A DNA stretch of 64,000 nt from Candidatus Latescibacterota bacterium (GCA_965208125.1 OZ242320.1:1248001-1312000), one strand, 5' to 3'. Shown: positions 8,501 through 17,921, numbered from the stretch's first letter. The notes: generated from the letters alone by a model not told the origin. Made by a program: numbers and translations.

Positions 8501-9697
8501 ATGTTTGAAACACTGACAATGGCACCTGCGGATCCCATTATAGGATTGACCGAAGCATTCAAAAATGACCCAAACCCCGACAAAATAAACCTCGGCGTTG
8601 GCGTGTACAAAGACGGCGACGGCAACACGCCGATATTTGCCTCTGTAAAAACAGCGGAAGAACGCCTTTTAACACACGAAGACACCAAAAATTATCTCGG
8701 CATAGAAGGCGACGAAGCGTATAACAAAGCCGTCCAAGAACTCCTCTGGGGAACAGATCACGAAATACTCACCAGTGGTCGCGCCGGAACAGCCCAGGCA
8801 CCGGGCGGTACTGGCGCATTGCGCATTGCCGGCGACTTTATTCATCAGCACTATCCCCATGCCCGCGTATGGCTGAGCGATCCCACCTGGGCAAACCACC
8901 CCAAAATTTTTGAATCTGCTGGCGTACCCACAGAAACCTACCGCTATTACAACCCCGCGTCTTTTGGCCTAGACTTTGACGCACTTATCCAGGACCTCGG
9001 GCAAATCCCCGCAGGCGATGTCGTCTTGCTACACGGATGTTGCCACAACCCCACCGGCGTCGATCCCTCCGCCGAACAATGGGCGCAAATAGCCGATATC
9101 ATCGCAGATCGCGGCATCATCCCACTCGTAGATTTTGCCTATCAGGGCCTGGGCAACGGCCTCGTCGAAGACGCAGTCGGACTCCTATCTCTCAGCCGGC
9201 CCGGCTGCGAACTCCTCGTCGCCAGTTCCTTCTCCAAAAACTTTGGCCTCTACCGCGAGCGCACGGGCGCATTGACCCTCGTCGGAAAAGACGCCACCGC
9301 CGTTGAAAAAGCGATGAGCCACATCAAAATCTGCATCCGCACAAATTATTCCAACCCGCCATCGCACGGCGCCCAGGCAGTCGCAACGGTTCTCAACGAC
9401 CCCGACTTGCGGGCACAATGGGACGGCGAAGTAAAAGCCATGCGCGACCGCATCAACAACATGCGCACCCTATTTGTGGATACCCTCGAAACAAAAGGCG
9501 TGCGGCGCGACTTTTCGTTTATCGCACACCAGAGGGGAATGTTCTCTTTCTCCGGATTGACTCCCGAGCAAGTAGAAGCATTGCGCGAGAAATTTTCAAT
9601 ATACATCGTCAATTCGGGACGGATTAACGTGGCGGGCATGACAAAGGACAACATCGGGCCATTGTGCGAAGCGATAGCGGAAGTGATGGACGAATAG
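8501..9697 (+). CDS. aspC: Aspartate/aromatic amino acid aminotransferase (AspC/TyrB family)
   Basis: DKINLGVGVYKD, HGCCHNPTG, SFSKNFGLY(K-PLP)RER, QRGMFSFSGL, SGRINVAG. Confidence 0.95.
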   Translation: MFETLTMAPADPIIGLTEAFKNDPNPDKINLGVGVYKDGDGNTPIFASVKTAEERLLTHEDTKNYLGIEGDEAYNKAVQELLWGTDHEILTSGRAGTAQAPGGTGALRIAGDFIHQHYPHARVWLSDPTWANHPKIFESAGVPTETYRYYNPASFGLDFDALIQDLGQIPAGDVVLLHGCCHNPTGVDPSAEQWAQIADIIADRGIIPLVDFAYQGLGNGLVEDAVGLLSLSRPGCELLVASSFSKNFGLYRERTGALTLVGKDATAVEKAMSHIKICIRTNYSNPPSHGAQAVATVLNDPDLRAQWDGEVKAMRDRINNMRTLFVDTLETKGVRRDFSFIAHQRGMFSFSGLTPEQVEALREKFSIYIVNSGRINVAGMTKDNIGPLCEAIAEVMDE

Positions 9698-9850
9698 ACG
9701 GAGCGGTAACTGGTCGTTTCTCAGGCCAGTTCATCAACGGAGCGGGGTAACGCCAGACTGTACCATCGCTGTTGAGCGATGAAGGTTATACGACGGCGTG
9801 TGTGGGCAATTTAATCCTGTAAAGCGTGCAAAAAATTTCCCTTTTCAGTA

Positions 9851-12313
9851 CTATTGGTTCACAATAATCTGGTTGTGTTCGTTGTCACCAATGACCTCCC
9901 ACGGGGTTGGCGCATCCACTGTGCCTATGATGTTAATCAGCACCTTGCCAGAGGTTTTTACCCGGATTCCGACAGTATTCGCGCGAATAAAACCCGTGAC
10001 AATAATCGTGATGTCGCCAGTCTCACTCTCGGCACTGATGCCGATTCCGTGGCGGTTGCTGGCGATAATGGTGCCGTCGATGACAATCTCTATATCGCCG
10101 CTACCCGCCGGGCGCGAGGGGTCGTAGAGTACATTTTTACTTTCGGCTAAAATCCCGATAGCTCTGGGACCAGACACGACGATATCACCGCTGTTGTCGA
10201 TGACGATATCACCAGCTGAATACACGCGGGTTTCCCCGTCAACGGTGATGTCCCTGCCATACGCTTGGGCATATATCCCGTGAGAGCGGGCTCGGCTCGT
10301 CTCAATGCGACCCGAGTTGGCGATTTCGATCTTGCCGCCGAGGCCGTGATGTGCCCTCAGCCCGCTTGCATCCTCTCCGCGTGTTGTGATCTGACCGGTA
10401 TTCGCCGCGTAGGTCAGCCGAGTTTCTCCGATGGGATCAGGGGGCAACAATCTGAATTTTTCTCGGCTGCGCTGGTCGAGAAGATCGTGGAACGGCGTGA
10501 TATCAAACCCAGGAATCCAGAAGGCGAAAGCCAAAAGGCCCGAAGACCTCAAGCCAGTAGTTGAAACAGTTCCTTCATTGATGCCATAAGCTTGACCAGA
10601 CCTCTTCGCTGCGACCGCAATTCCAGGGCTGCGGCGCCCCGTTGTCTCGATGATGCCGGTGCGGTAGTTTCGCGCGTATGCAGCACCTGCGGCATTGGTT
10701 TTCGGCCGCGTTATGATTTCCTCTTGTATGTGGTGGCAACCCTCATTGTCAAAATAGGCAGCACAGGTCTCGGAATGAATACCATCGCTGAGTCTTCCCC
10801 TTGTCGTTACGCTGCCGGTATTATGCGTCTGCGTTGTGCCCCACAAGGTCTGCGCTGCCACTCCGCGGCTACTAACGCCCTCTACATCGATGGTTCCGTA
10901 GTTGATTGAGCGGGCAAGCTGGCCGCCGGTCTCGACGAATAGGCCATCTTGTCGGCCTTCGTCCCCAGTGATGAGAATACTGCCGCTCGACAGGTTGATG
11001 GACTCGGCAACATGTGTGTCGTCGTGTGGTGCGGCACTCTTGTGGATTTGGCTCGCGATGCCCCGTAGCGTTTTATCCGTCGAGTTATCGATTGTTACCG
11101 TACCGTAATTAGCTGTGTATACATTTCCACTGCCGCGCGAATATGTCCGCAGTCCTATACCCCATTCGAGTATTTGGATCATGCCCTTATTGACCAGCAT
11201 TAAATCGTCGGTATTTCCATACGTTATAATATTTATAGCAAACGCATTGGTCGCGTTGATCCCCGCTGTTTCTGTGAATGTGGCCGCGTATGCCTGCTTT
11301 TTTTCGTCTGAACTGTTGATGAAATTGAGGGCTGAGGTACCGGAGGGAACAGTGATCGTGCCTGCATCGTAATAGACATGGGTGGCGATGTCGGGATCAG
11401 AGGCTGTCGCTGGATTTAGCGGCGTTACCCTGTCGCCTTCGTAGCTATCGGTTATTGGGAGGGTAATTGTGTAATCCCTTACCGGGTATGGCGAAAAAGC
11501 TGGAGAAGGGTTGGACAGCGTGAGATGATCAAAGCGTACATTAACCCCTCTCTCAGATAGGGCGGGAATGTGCGTATTGAGCGACATGGCACTCAGCGGA
11601 TTATTATTCAGTAAAACCCAGTCGTCCTTGTCCAATCCCGTATTAGCTACCAATGGCGCGATATCCGAGATTGTATTGCCACGAAGATATAGATGTGTCA
11701 GGCCGGTCAGGTTGGCAACTGGCGCAATATCCGAGATCGCATTGCCATCGAGATTCAGCCATCTCAGGCTGGTCAACTCATCTATCGGTGCGATGGTAGA
11801 TATGTCGTTGCTGTTTACTTTTCGCCCCTCTATCCAATCATAGCCAAAATTTAGCCGTGTCAGATTCGTTGCATACTCGAGACCTGTCAAATTGCGAATG
11901 GCTTTGTTAGGTGCGTCAAGGCGCGTCAATTTTGACATATCGTCCGGGGTAATAGGTGCATCGCTTGTTTTGCCGAGAATTTTGGCAATGACCGCACGCA
12001 GGTTCTCATCTGGAATGTCAACAGTCGTTGTGCCGCCACTGCCTGACGGCGGAAATGTCTTGCCCCAATTGGAAATAAGGAGCCTTAAGTCCAATTCATC
12101 AACGATCTTATCACTTTTCAGATCAAACTTCGCATCCCAATTTGGTCCACCTGCTCGCGTTCCCCAATTGGAAATAAGGAGCCTTAAGTCCAATTCATCA
12201 ACGATCCCATCGTCGTTAAAGTCAGGAGAAGGCGTAGGGGTCTGAGATGCAAGAGACAGCGGATAGGCCAACACACATAAACAAATCATCAAAAACGCAA
12301 CACGAAACTTCAT
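9851..12313 (-). CDS. Secreted dockerin-like + LRR + beta-helix/autotransporter-passenger-like protein
   Basis: GGGAGG RBS and signal peptide MKFRVAF...LASQ; DFNDDGIVDELDL duplicated; capped LRR block; NxGxIxTxG..S.GI repeats; no beta-barrel seen. Confidence 0.8.
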   Translation of the reverse strand: MKFRVAFLMICLCVLAYPLSLASQTPTPSPDFNDDGIVDELDLRLLISNWGTRAGGPNWDAKFDLKSDKIVDELDLRLLISNWGKTFPPSGSGGTTTVDIPDENLRAVIAKILGKTSDAPITPDDMSKLTRLDAPNKAIRNLTGLEYATNLTRLNFGYDWIEGRKVNSNDISTIAPIDELTSLRWLNLDGNAISDIAPVANLTGLTHLYLRGNTISDIAPLVANTGLDKDDWVLLNNNPLSAMSLNTHIPALSERGVNVRFDHLTLSNPSPAFSPYPVRDYTITLPITDSYEGDRVTPLNPATASDPDIATHVYYDAGTITVPSGTSALNFINSSDEKKQAYAATFTETAGINATNAFAINIITYGNTDDLMLVNKGMIQILEWGIGLRTYSRGSGNVYTANYGTVTIDNSTDKTLRGIASQIHKSAAPHDDTHVAESINLSSGSILITGDEGRQDGLFVETGGQLARSINYGTIDVEGVSSRGVAAQTLWGTTQTHNTGSVTTRGRLSDGIHSETCAAYFDNEGCHHIQEEIITRPKTNAAGAAYARNYRTGIIETTGRRSPGIAVAAKRSGQAYGINEGTVSTTGLRSSGLLAFAFWIPGFDITPFHDLLDQRSREKFRLLPPDPIGETRLTYAANTGQITTRGEDASGLRAHHGLGGKIEIANSGRIETSRARSHGIYAQAYGRDITVDGETRVYSAGDIVIDNSGDIVVSGPRAIGILAESKNVLYDPSRPAGSGDIEIVIDGTIIASNRHGIGISAESETGDITIIVTGFIRANTVGIRVKTSGKVLINIIGTVDAPTPWEVIGDNEHNQIIVNQ

Positions 12314-12351
12314 GATCGCCCCTCCCTTTCTCGTCGCATTCCTCAACCGGA

Positions 12352-12513
12352 AAAATGCAACTTGATTTTGTGGTGGTGGAACTTTACATTGTGCATAGAG
12401 CGGGTTGCGGTTTGCAAGACCGTTCCCCTCTCTGTATGTTGCGGCAGAAGGCCACAGGTGGCCAAACCGAGCGGCCTTCTGTCATTCCCGCAAACATAAC
12501 ACACGTTTGCAGG
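12352..12513 (-). ncRNA. Element II copy 3
   Basis: Same architecture; first stem altered but still paired (cctgcaaacgt/atgtttgcggg). Confidence 0.65.
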
Positions 12514-12580
12514 TTTTTATTTACGACAATCGTTCTGTCAGGACTTTCTCATCTTCTCGATTTACAGTCTGGAATCAGAC

Positions 12581-12770
12581 AAAAAAACACCGAATGCCAT
12601 ATCACCTATGACATCCGGTTTCTCTATTGAATATGCCGATTAAATGCCACAGGCTACCTTCTTAATCTATAGCCTAGATTAAGTTCGGTTCCTTTAGTCC
12701 CCGAAGCCATAGCATTTAACCGGCTGGAAGTTGCACAGTATATCCGGCTCCCTCCAGCCGGTAGGCTATA
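12581..12770 (-). ncRNA. Element I copy B, ending in an intrinsic terminator
   Basis: Homologous to 4321-4496; hairpin accggatgtcata/tatggcattcggt followed by g and T7. Confidence 0.7.
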
Positions 12771-12786
12771 TTTAAGAAGGCACCTT

Positions 12787-12814
12787 ATGATAAACATTAA
12801 TAAACTTTACGCAA
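12787..12814 (-). promoter_or_regulatory. sigma70-like promoter upstream of element I copy B
   Basis: TTGCGT-16 nt-TATCAT, followed by aagg as in copy A. Confidence 0.5.
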
Positions 12815-12847
12815 TAAAAAACGCATAAGCCTTTCCAAGGAGAAATC

Positions 12848-13621
12848 ATGACACTCAAAGACCGCGTGGCAATCGTCACTGGCGCAAGCTCTGGCATAGG
12901 GCGGGGCATAGCACTGGCACTGGCACGGGAAGGCGCGTGTGTAGCCGTGGCCGATATACAGGAAGCACCCAAACAGGGCATATATCACGACACCGACTTA
13001 ACCACTTCTACGGTAGAGGAAATAGAAAAACGCGGTAGAAAAGGAATCTTTGTACAGACCGACGTATCGGATGACGAAGCGGTACGCAACCTGATCGAAC
13101 GGACAGTCTCCGAATTTGGCAAACTGGACATCCTGGTAAACAACGCCGGCATCACAATACCCGGCGGCATTGAAGAAACAACCATCGCCGACTACGACAC
13201 CGTAATGGGCGTAAACCTCCGGGCACTATATGTAGCCAGCAAACTCGCCATGCCACACCTGAAAAAACCCTCCGGCAGAATCATCCACATCGCATCTGTA
13301 CAATCATTTGGCGGGGGTGGTGGACCTGCGTATGCCGCATCAAAAGCCGGCGTCGTCAACCTCACGCGAGACACCGCCCTGGAACTGGCCCCCTTTGGCG
13401 CAACCGTCAATGCAATATGCCCGGGCTACATCGAAACGCCCATACAGGACTATCTCACACCGCAGGACATTGAAGACTGCCGGGTAAAAACCCCCCTGCC
13501 GCGCCTGGGCTTGCCATCGGACATCGGCAACGCCGCGGTATTCTTCGCATCAGACGCCGCCGCCTGGATCACTGGCACAGCCCTACCTGTAGATGGCGGA
13601 TGGATGGCGTCTATTTTTTAA
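12848..13621 (+). CDS. Short-chain dehydrogenase/reductase (SDR)
   Basis: TGASSGIG, NNAG, YAASK motifs; AAGGAG RBS. Confidence 0.95.
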   Translation: MTLKDRVAIVTGASSGIGRGIALALAREGACVAVADIQEAPKQGIYHDTDLTTSTVEEIEKRGRKGIFVQTDVSDDEAVRNLIERTVSEFGKLDILVNNAGITIPGGIEETTIADYDTVMGVNLRALYVASKLAMPHLKKPSGRIIHIASVQSFGGGGGPAYAASKAGVVNLTRDTALELAPFGATVNAICPGYIETPIQDYLTPQDIEDCRVKTPLPRLGLPSDIGNAAVFFASDAAAWITGTALPVDGGWMASIF

Positions 13622-13627
13622 TTCGCA

Positions 13628-16102
13628 CTAATGCGGTATCCCCAACTGATGCATCCTTCGGTGAATCGCTGCACGGGCTTCGACAAAGGGACGTTCCAGG
13701 TACGCGAGATGGTCCAACTCGCCGTGATGGTGCGTCGCCGTACCGAGATCGTGCCGGGCAGCGGTCTGACGGATGTACGCCAGATCGCCATCGATAAGCG
13801 TCAGCATATACTGCGCAGCCTCCAGATCGAACATCCACCACTCGCCACCGCAAGCGATATAAATCGGCGACGTATGGGCGAAAATCCCCCGTCCCCAGCC
13901 ATCGTGATGGGGAACACTGGTATAATTGGGACCGGCACATCGGGCGGCAATCCACGTATGCCCATCCACCTTCACCTTCGCCTTCAACGCCAGTCGCCGC
14001 GCACCTTTATTATCTTCCGTCGAAGCAACAACGCGCCCTGCCTGAACGATCTCGAGCGTATGAATCGGGAAAATACTCTCCGCCCATGCTTCAACCTCCA
14101 CCGTACCAGCTCCCGACAACTGCATTGTATCGCCAACCTGGTGTCCATCCGCGGTGAGATGAATGATGGGACCACCGCTGTGAAATGTTCGCCCCTGCGA
14201 CACACTTTTGCACCAATTATCGTAGGTAAACTCCTCATCGGGCAAATAGGCATACGTGCGGTAAATACCAACGGGCACATCGCTACTCATCTTATCCGTC
14301 CCGCCAACCAGCGGCAAGCGGTAGCCGCAGTTGAGATAGCGGTAGTATTCCAGATGGTTAAACGGCGCATGACGCAGCATCTCCACGCCATCCACGCGAC
14401 CAGTAGCAATCAGTGCCGCAGGCTCACCATTCGGATTTGGAAGATGCGGAATAATAACCGAGCCACCCTGCGCGTGACACTGATCCGCCCAATCACTCAT
14501 CGTGATCTCCAGCGTACCACCCAGTTCGGACTCACCGGGACCATCACTGCACCACGGCATCACCGGCTCTTTGAGACCCCACAGAATGAGATGCCCCAAA
14601 AAGTGCTGCCTATTCTCCTGACCGACATAGACGATATTATTCCCATCTTGCGAGATACTCGGTCGTCCCGTAAAATCCTCCGTATTGGTAAAAAGATTGC
14701 CCCACTGCGACGGAAGCAAATTAACGATATTGAGATCCTCTCCCTGGGACTCCGTATGACTGCCCTGTGTCGAGAGAAAGTGAACGTGCGAATCCCCGCT
14801 GTACCATCCCCCCTCGTTCATGTGAATCCATCGCTTGAGACGCAAAGTCAGTTCGCGTTGACCCGGTTGGATCTTCACCCGCGTCCGCAACGGCTCATAC
14901 TCGAATCCCCGGGCGACATCCACGATAACCTCACCGCGCGGCAACCACCCCTGGCAACGACCGTCGATATACGCATAAGTGATTTGTCCAAGCCGAAGAT
15001 CTCCGCCAATATCAATATGCCAGCTATCGAGATTGGAATTGACCTGATTGTGATGCCCATAAGGCTGATAGGGAATCCCTTCCGGCGAGCGGAAATGAAC
15101 GCGGCAGGGGATGGGTTTACCCGTATCGTCATCGAGAACAGTAACGTGAACCCAGTTCCGTCCCCGGTCCAGGAGTTCCACACGCATGCGCGGGGTCTCA
15201 ACCACCTTCTTCTCCTCGACATCACCCCACTTGACCTCGCCCACCTTTTCCTCGCCCTGCTTCACCGTCATCGTAGCCGACGAAGTGGCAGCGACCTCGA
15301 CATAAGCCGGACTCGATTTGGGATTCTGCGCCTCTCCCCAGCCAGCGAAATCATCATTGATAAAATCATCGGCAGACGCTTCGGGCAGTGGATGAACATA
15401 AGTTGCCGTCCCCCGATCCACCTCCACGCTAAGATCAAACGCTTTTTCCGCATCTTCGGGATGGGTCAGGATCAGACGCGCTTCGCGCTTCCCGTGTCGC
15501 ACAAAGGGATACTCGTCCAGATGCGAAAGCGTAACACCCGCGATAATAAAACGCGGACCACCCGGGATAATCTCCAGCGACTCGACCGTGCGATCCGGTT
15601 GAGGATTCTCCCACGCCCACAAAAAATAACCGCGTGCCGACCCGCGCGACACCTCGGTCTGACGTCGCCCCATATCCGCCCATCTCCCTTCGTAACGCGG
15701 CAATAGCTGGTCGTTCTGGTCCGGAAGAGCGAGAAAGGGCGCACCGCCGCTGGATAAATGTGCAATCTCAAAACGCTCACGGACGGGAATACGAAATTCT
15801 TCACCCTCCGCCATCCGAAACAGATAATGCGCCACGGTCTCCCCCAACGGGCCGCCCTCCATCAGATCGGAATCCAACAGGCGATGGGCAATAATCACGC
15901 GGCGTGCCGACTCATTGATCGGAATCGTCACGCGACCAGAAGCCTCATCCAGCGCGATAAAACAATTCGAACCGTCGTCATTTACCAAAAACGGCAAACC
16001 GCGGAATAATTGTTTGCCTATAGGGGCATTCGCATTGGCGCCCAGAACTTCAAGCCCTGCATTGCACAACGCCGACAAATCGAGAGGTTGATAGTCTGCC
16101 AT
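13628..16102 (-). CDS. CehA/McbA-family (PHP-like) metallohydrolase
   Basis: WYSGDSHVH, IIPH, LVGGTDK, AHTSPIY motifs; AAAGGA RBS. Confidence 0.8.
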   Translation of the reverse strand: MADYQPLDLSALCNAGLEVLGANANAPIGKQLFRGLPFLVNDDGSNCFIALDEASGRVTIPINESARRVIIAHRLLDSDLMEGGPLGETVAHYLFRMAEGEEFRIPVRERFEIAHLSSGGAPFLALPDQNDQLLPRYEGRWADMGRRQTEVSRGSARGYFLWAWENPQPDRTVESLEIIPGGPRFIIAGVTLSHLDEYPFVRHGKREARLILTHPEDAEKAFDLSVEVDRGTATYVHPLPEASADDFINDDFAGWGEAQNPKSSPAYVEVAATSSATMTVKQGEEKVGEVKWGDVEEKKVVETPRMRVELLDRGRNWVHVTVLDDDTGKPIPCRVHFRSPEGIPYQPYGHHNQVNSNLDSWHIDIGGDLRLGQITYAYIDGRCQGWLPRGEVIVDVARGFEYEPLRTRVKIQPGQRELTLRLKRWIHMNEGGWYSGDSHVHFLSTQGSHTESQGEDLNIVNLLPSQWGNLFTNTEDFTGRPSISQDGNNIVYVGQENRQHFLGHLILWGLKEPVMPWCSDGPGESELGGTLEITMSDWADQCHAQGGSVIIPHLPNPNGEPAALIATGRVDGVEMLRHAPFNHLEYYRYLNCGYRLPLVGGTDKMSSDVPVGIYRTYAYLPDEEFTYDNWCKSVSQGRTFHSGGPIIHLTADGHQVGDTMQLSGAGTVEVEAWAESIFPIHTLEIVQAGRVVASTEDNKGARRLALKAKVKVDGHTWIAARCAGPNYTSVPHHDGWGRGIFAHTSPIYIACGGEWWMFDLEAAQYMLTLIDGDLAYIRQTAARHDLGTATHHHGELDHLAYLERPFVEARAAIHRRMHQLGIPH

Positions 16103-16135
16103 AACAGGTATCCTTTCTTTATGGGTGTCTATATC

Positions 16136-17824
16136 TCACAAAAAATCCAGATCCGCACCGAGGTGAGCGGGCAAAACGCATTTGGCATACAGGTGTCGCC
16201 ATCCGCGCTCTGGAATTGGCGCAGGAACAAAAGCCTCGCGGCGACGCGCAAGCTCTGCCTCATTGACCAGCAAATCAATGCGGCGTTCTCTTGCATTCAA
16301 CTCAACCATATCGCCATCGCGCACAAAAGCAAGCGGTCCCCCTGTCGCCGCCTCGGGAGAACAGTGCAACACCACCGTGCCATAAGACGTCCCACTCATA
16401 CGCGCATCGGAAATCCGCACCATATCTTTGACCCCTCTCTGCGCCAGATATTTGGGAATAGGCAAAGACCCCGCCTCCGGAAACCCATCGCCCACGGGCC
16501 CGGCATTCCGCAAAATCATCACATGATCCGGCGTAATATTGAGAGAGGGATCATCAATCCGCGCAGACGCATCCTCAGCAGAATCAAAAACAACCGCGGG
16601 ACCCCGGTGCGCGAGCAATTCAGGAGACGCCGCAGCAACCTTCAGCACAGCCCCATCCGGCGCCAGATTGCCGCGAACCACAATCAGCGCGCCCGTAGCA
16701 CCAAGAGGATCGTCCAGCGTGCGAATAGTACTTTGCCAAGACTGAGGGGGTTGAACCGTCTTCAAATAATCGCCCAACGCCTGCCCTGTAATCGTCGGCA
16801 CAGAACAATCCAGCAAAGACGCCAGCGCCTTGAGCAACGCAGGAACACCACCCGCATCGTGAAAATCCTCCATATAACCCACACCTGAGGGCTTGCAATC
16901 CACGAGCAAAGGCACCTGTTGCGACACCTCGTGCATATCCTCAAGAGTAAGCGCGGTCCCCGCCCGCCGTGCAATAGCCAGAAGATGCACAATCGCATTC
17001 GTAGAACCACCCAGCGCGTGGAGCACCGCAAGCGCATTGAGAAAAGACGCCCGCGTAAGCAATTGTACAGGACGCCGTCCCGCGCGGGCAAGAGCAACGG
17101 CCATGCGTCCAGACCGCACACCCACGCGCAATCGATCTCCCGTACCCGAAAGCGGTGTCGCCCCGCCAGAAACCATCAAACCCAGCGTCTCCACCACACT
17201 CGCCATCGTCGAAGCAGTCCCCATAACCATACACGTCCCCGGCGTACTGCAAAGCGACTGCGTCACACCTTCGATTTGCTGCTCATTCAATTCACCAGCG
17301 CGAAATTGCGCCCAATAACGGCGGCAATCTGTACACGCACCCAATCTCTCTCCCTGCCACGAACCGGTTCGCATCGCACCCGACACAACCTGAACAGCGG
17401 GAATATTAGCCGAAGCAGCAGCCATCAATTGCGCTGGCACAGTCTTATCGCACCCCCCCATCAGCACCACCGCATCCATAGGTTGCGCCCTGATCAGTTC
17501 CTCGGTCTCCATAGACAGCAAATTCCGAAAAAGCATCGTCGTAGGCGAAAAGAAAATTTCATTCAGCGAAATCGTGGGAAACACAAAAGGCAGGCCACCG
17601 CCTTCGAAAACCCCGCGTTTGACTGCCTCGATCAAATCCGACATATGCCCGTGGCAGGGATTATAATCAGAAGCCGTCGAAGCAATGCCAATAACGGGAC
17701 GATCCACATCCTCGCCATCATATCCCGCAGCCGCGAGAAACGCCCTGCGAATATATTTGCTAAATTCCGGATCGCCGTAACTCGTCAAATTCCGGTTAAT
17801 ACCTGTATCTGTCGATTGGGTCAT
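16136..17824 (-). CDS. IlvD/Edd-family dehydratase (probably a sugar-acid dehydratase)
   Basis: NPCH, GGCDKT, GTCMVMGTASTM, GGSTNA, SDARMSGT, HCSPEA. Confidence 0.92.
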   Translation of the reverse strand: MTQSTDTGINRNLTSYGDPEFSKYIRRAFLAAAGYDGEDVDRPVIGIASTASDYNPCHGHMSDLIEAVKRGVFEGGGLPFVFPTISLNEIFFSPTTMLFRNLLSMETEELIRAQPMDAVVLMGGCDKTVPAQLMAAASANIPAVQVVSGAMRTGSWQGERLGACTDCRRYWAQFRAGELNEQQIEGVTQSLCSTPGTCMVMGTASTMASVVETLGLMVSGGATPLSGTGDRLRVGVRSGRMAVALARAGRRPVQLLTRASFLNALAVLHALGGSTNAIVHLLAIARRAGTALTLEDMHEVSQQVPLLVDCKPSGVGYMEDFHDAGGVPALLKALASLLDCSVPTITGQALGDYLKTVQPPQSWQSTIRTLDDPLGATGALIVVRGNLAPDGAVLKVAAASPELLAHRGPAVVFDSAEDASARIDDPSLNITPDHVMILRNAGPVGDGFPEAGSLPIPKYLAQRGVKDMVRISDARMSGTSYGTVVLHCSPEAATGGPLAFVRDGDMVELNARERRIDLLVNEAELARRREAFVPAPIPERGWRHLYAKCVLPAHLGADLDFL

Positions 17825-17831
17825 AGTAAAT

Positions 17832-17921
17832 GAAGTGTGAAGTGTGAAGGAGGAAGTGTGAAATGAGTAGAAGCATCAGCCTTTGGGCGGTTGGGCGGGG
17901 CCTTCTTACTTCTTACTTCTT
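17832..17921. repeat. Heptamer-bordered miniature repeat, copy 1 (overlaps the 3' end of the mutase gene)
   Basis: (aagtgtg)n...gcatcagcctttgggcggttgggcggggccttcttacttct; second copy at 45377. Confidence 0.65.

Noticed and set aside
3052-12770. Elements I and II as known riboswitches (c-di-GMP-I, c-di-AMP, cobalamin, T-box) or integron attC sites
   Set aside because: Only fragments match (a GAAA tetraloop in one copy, ccgcaac). The defining consensus blocks and RYYYAAC/GTTRRRY ends were not seen. An Rfam search is still needed.
13631-15706. 691-aa + strand ORF and other long antisense ORFs (e.g. 16919-17833, 25569-26426, 36229-37044)
   Set aside because: They are shadows of well-supported genes on the opposite strand and have no motifs.
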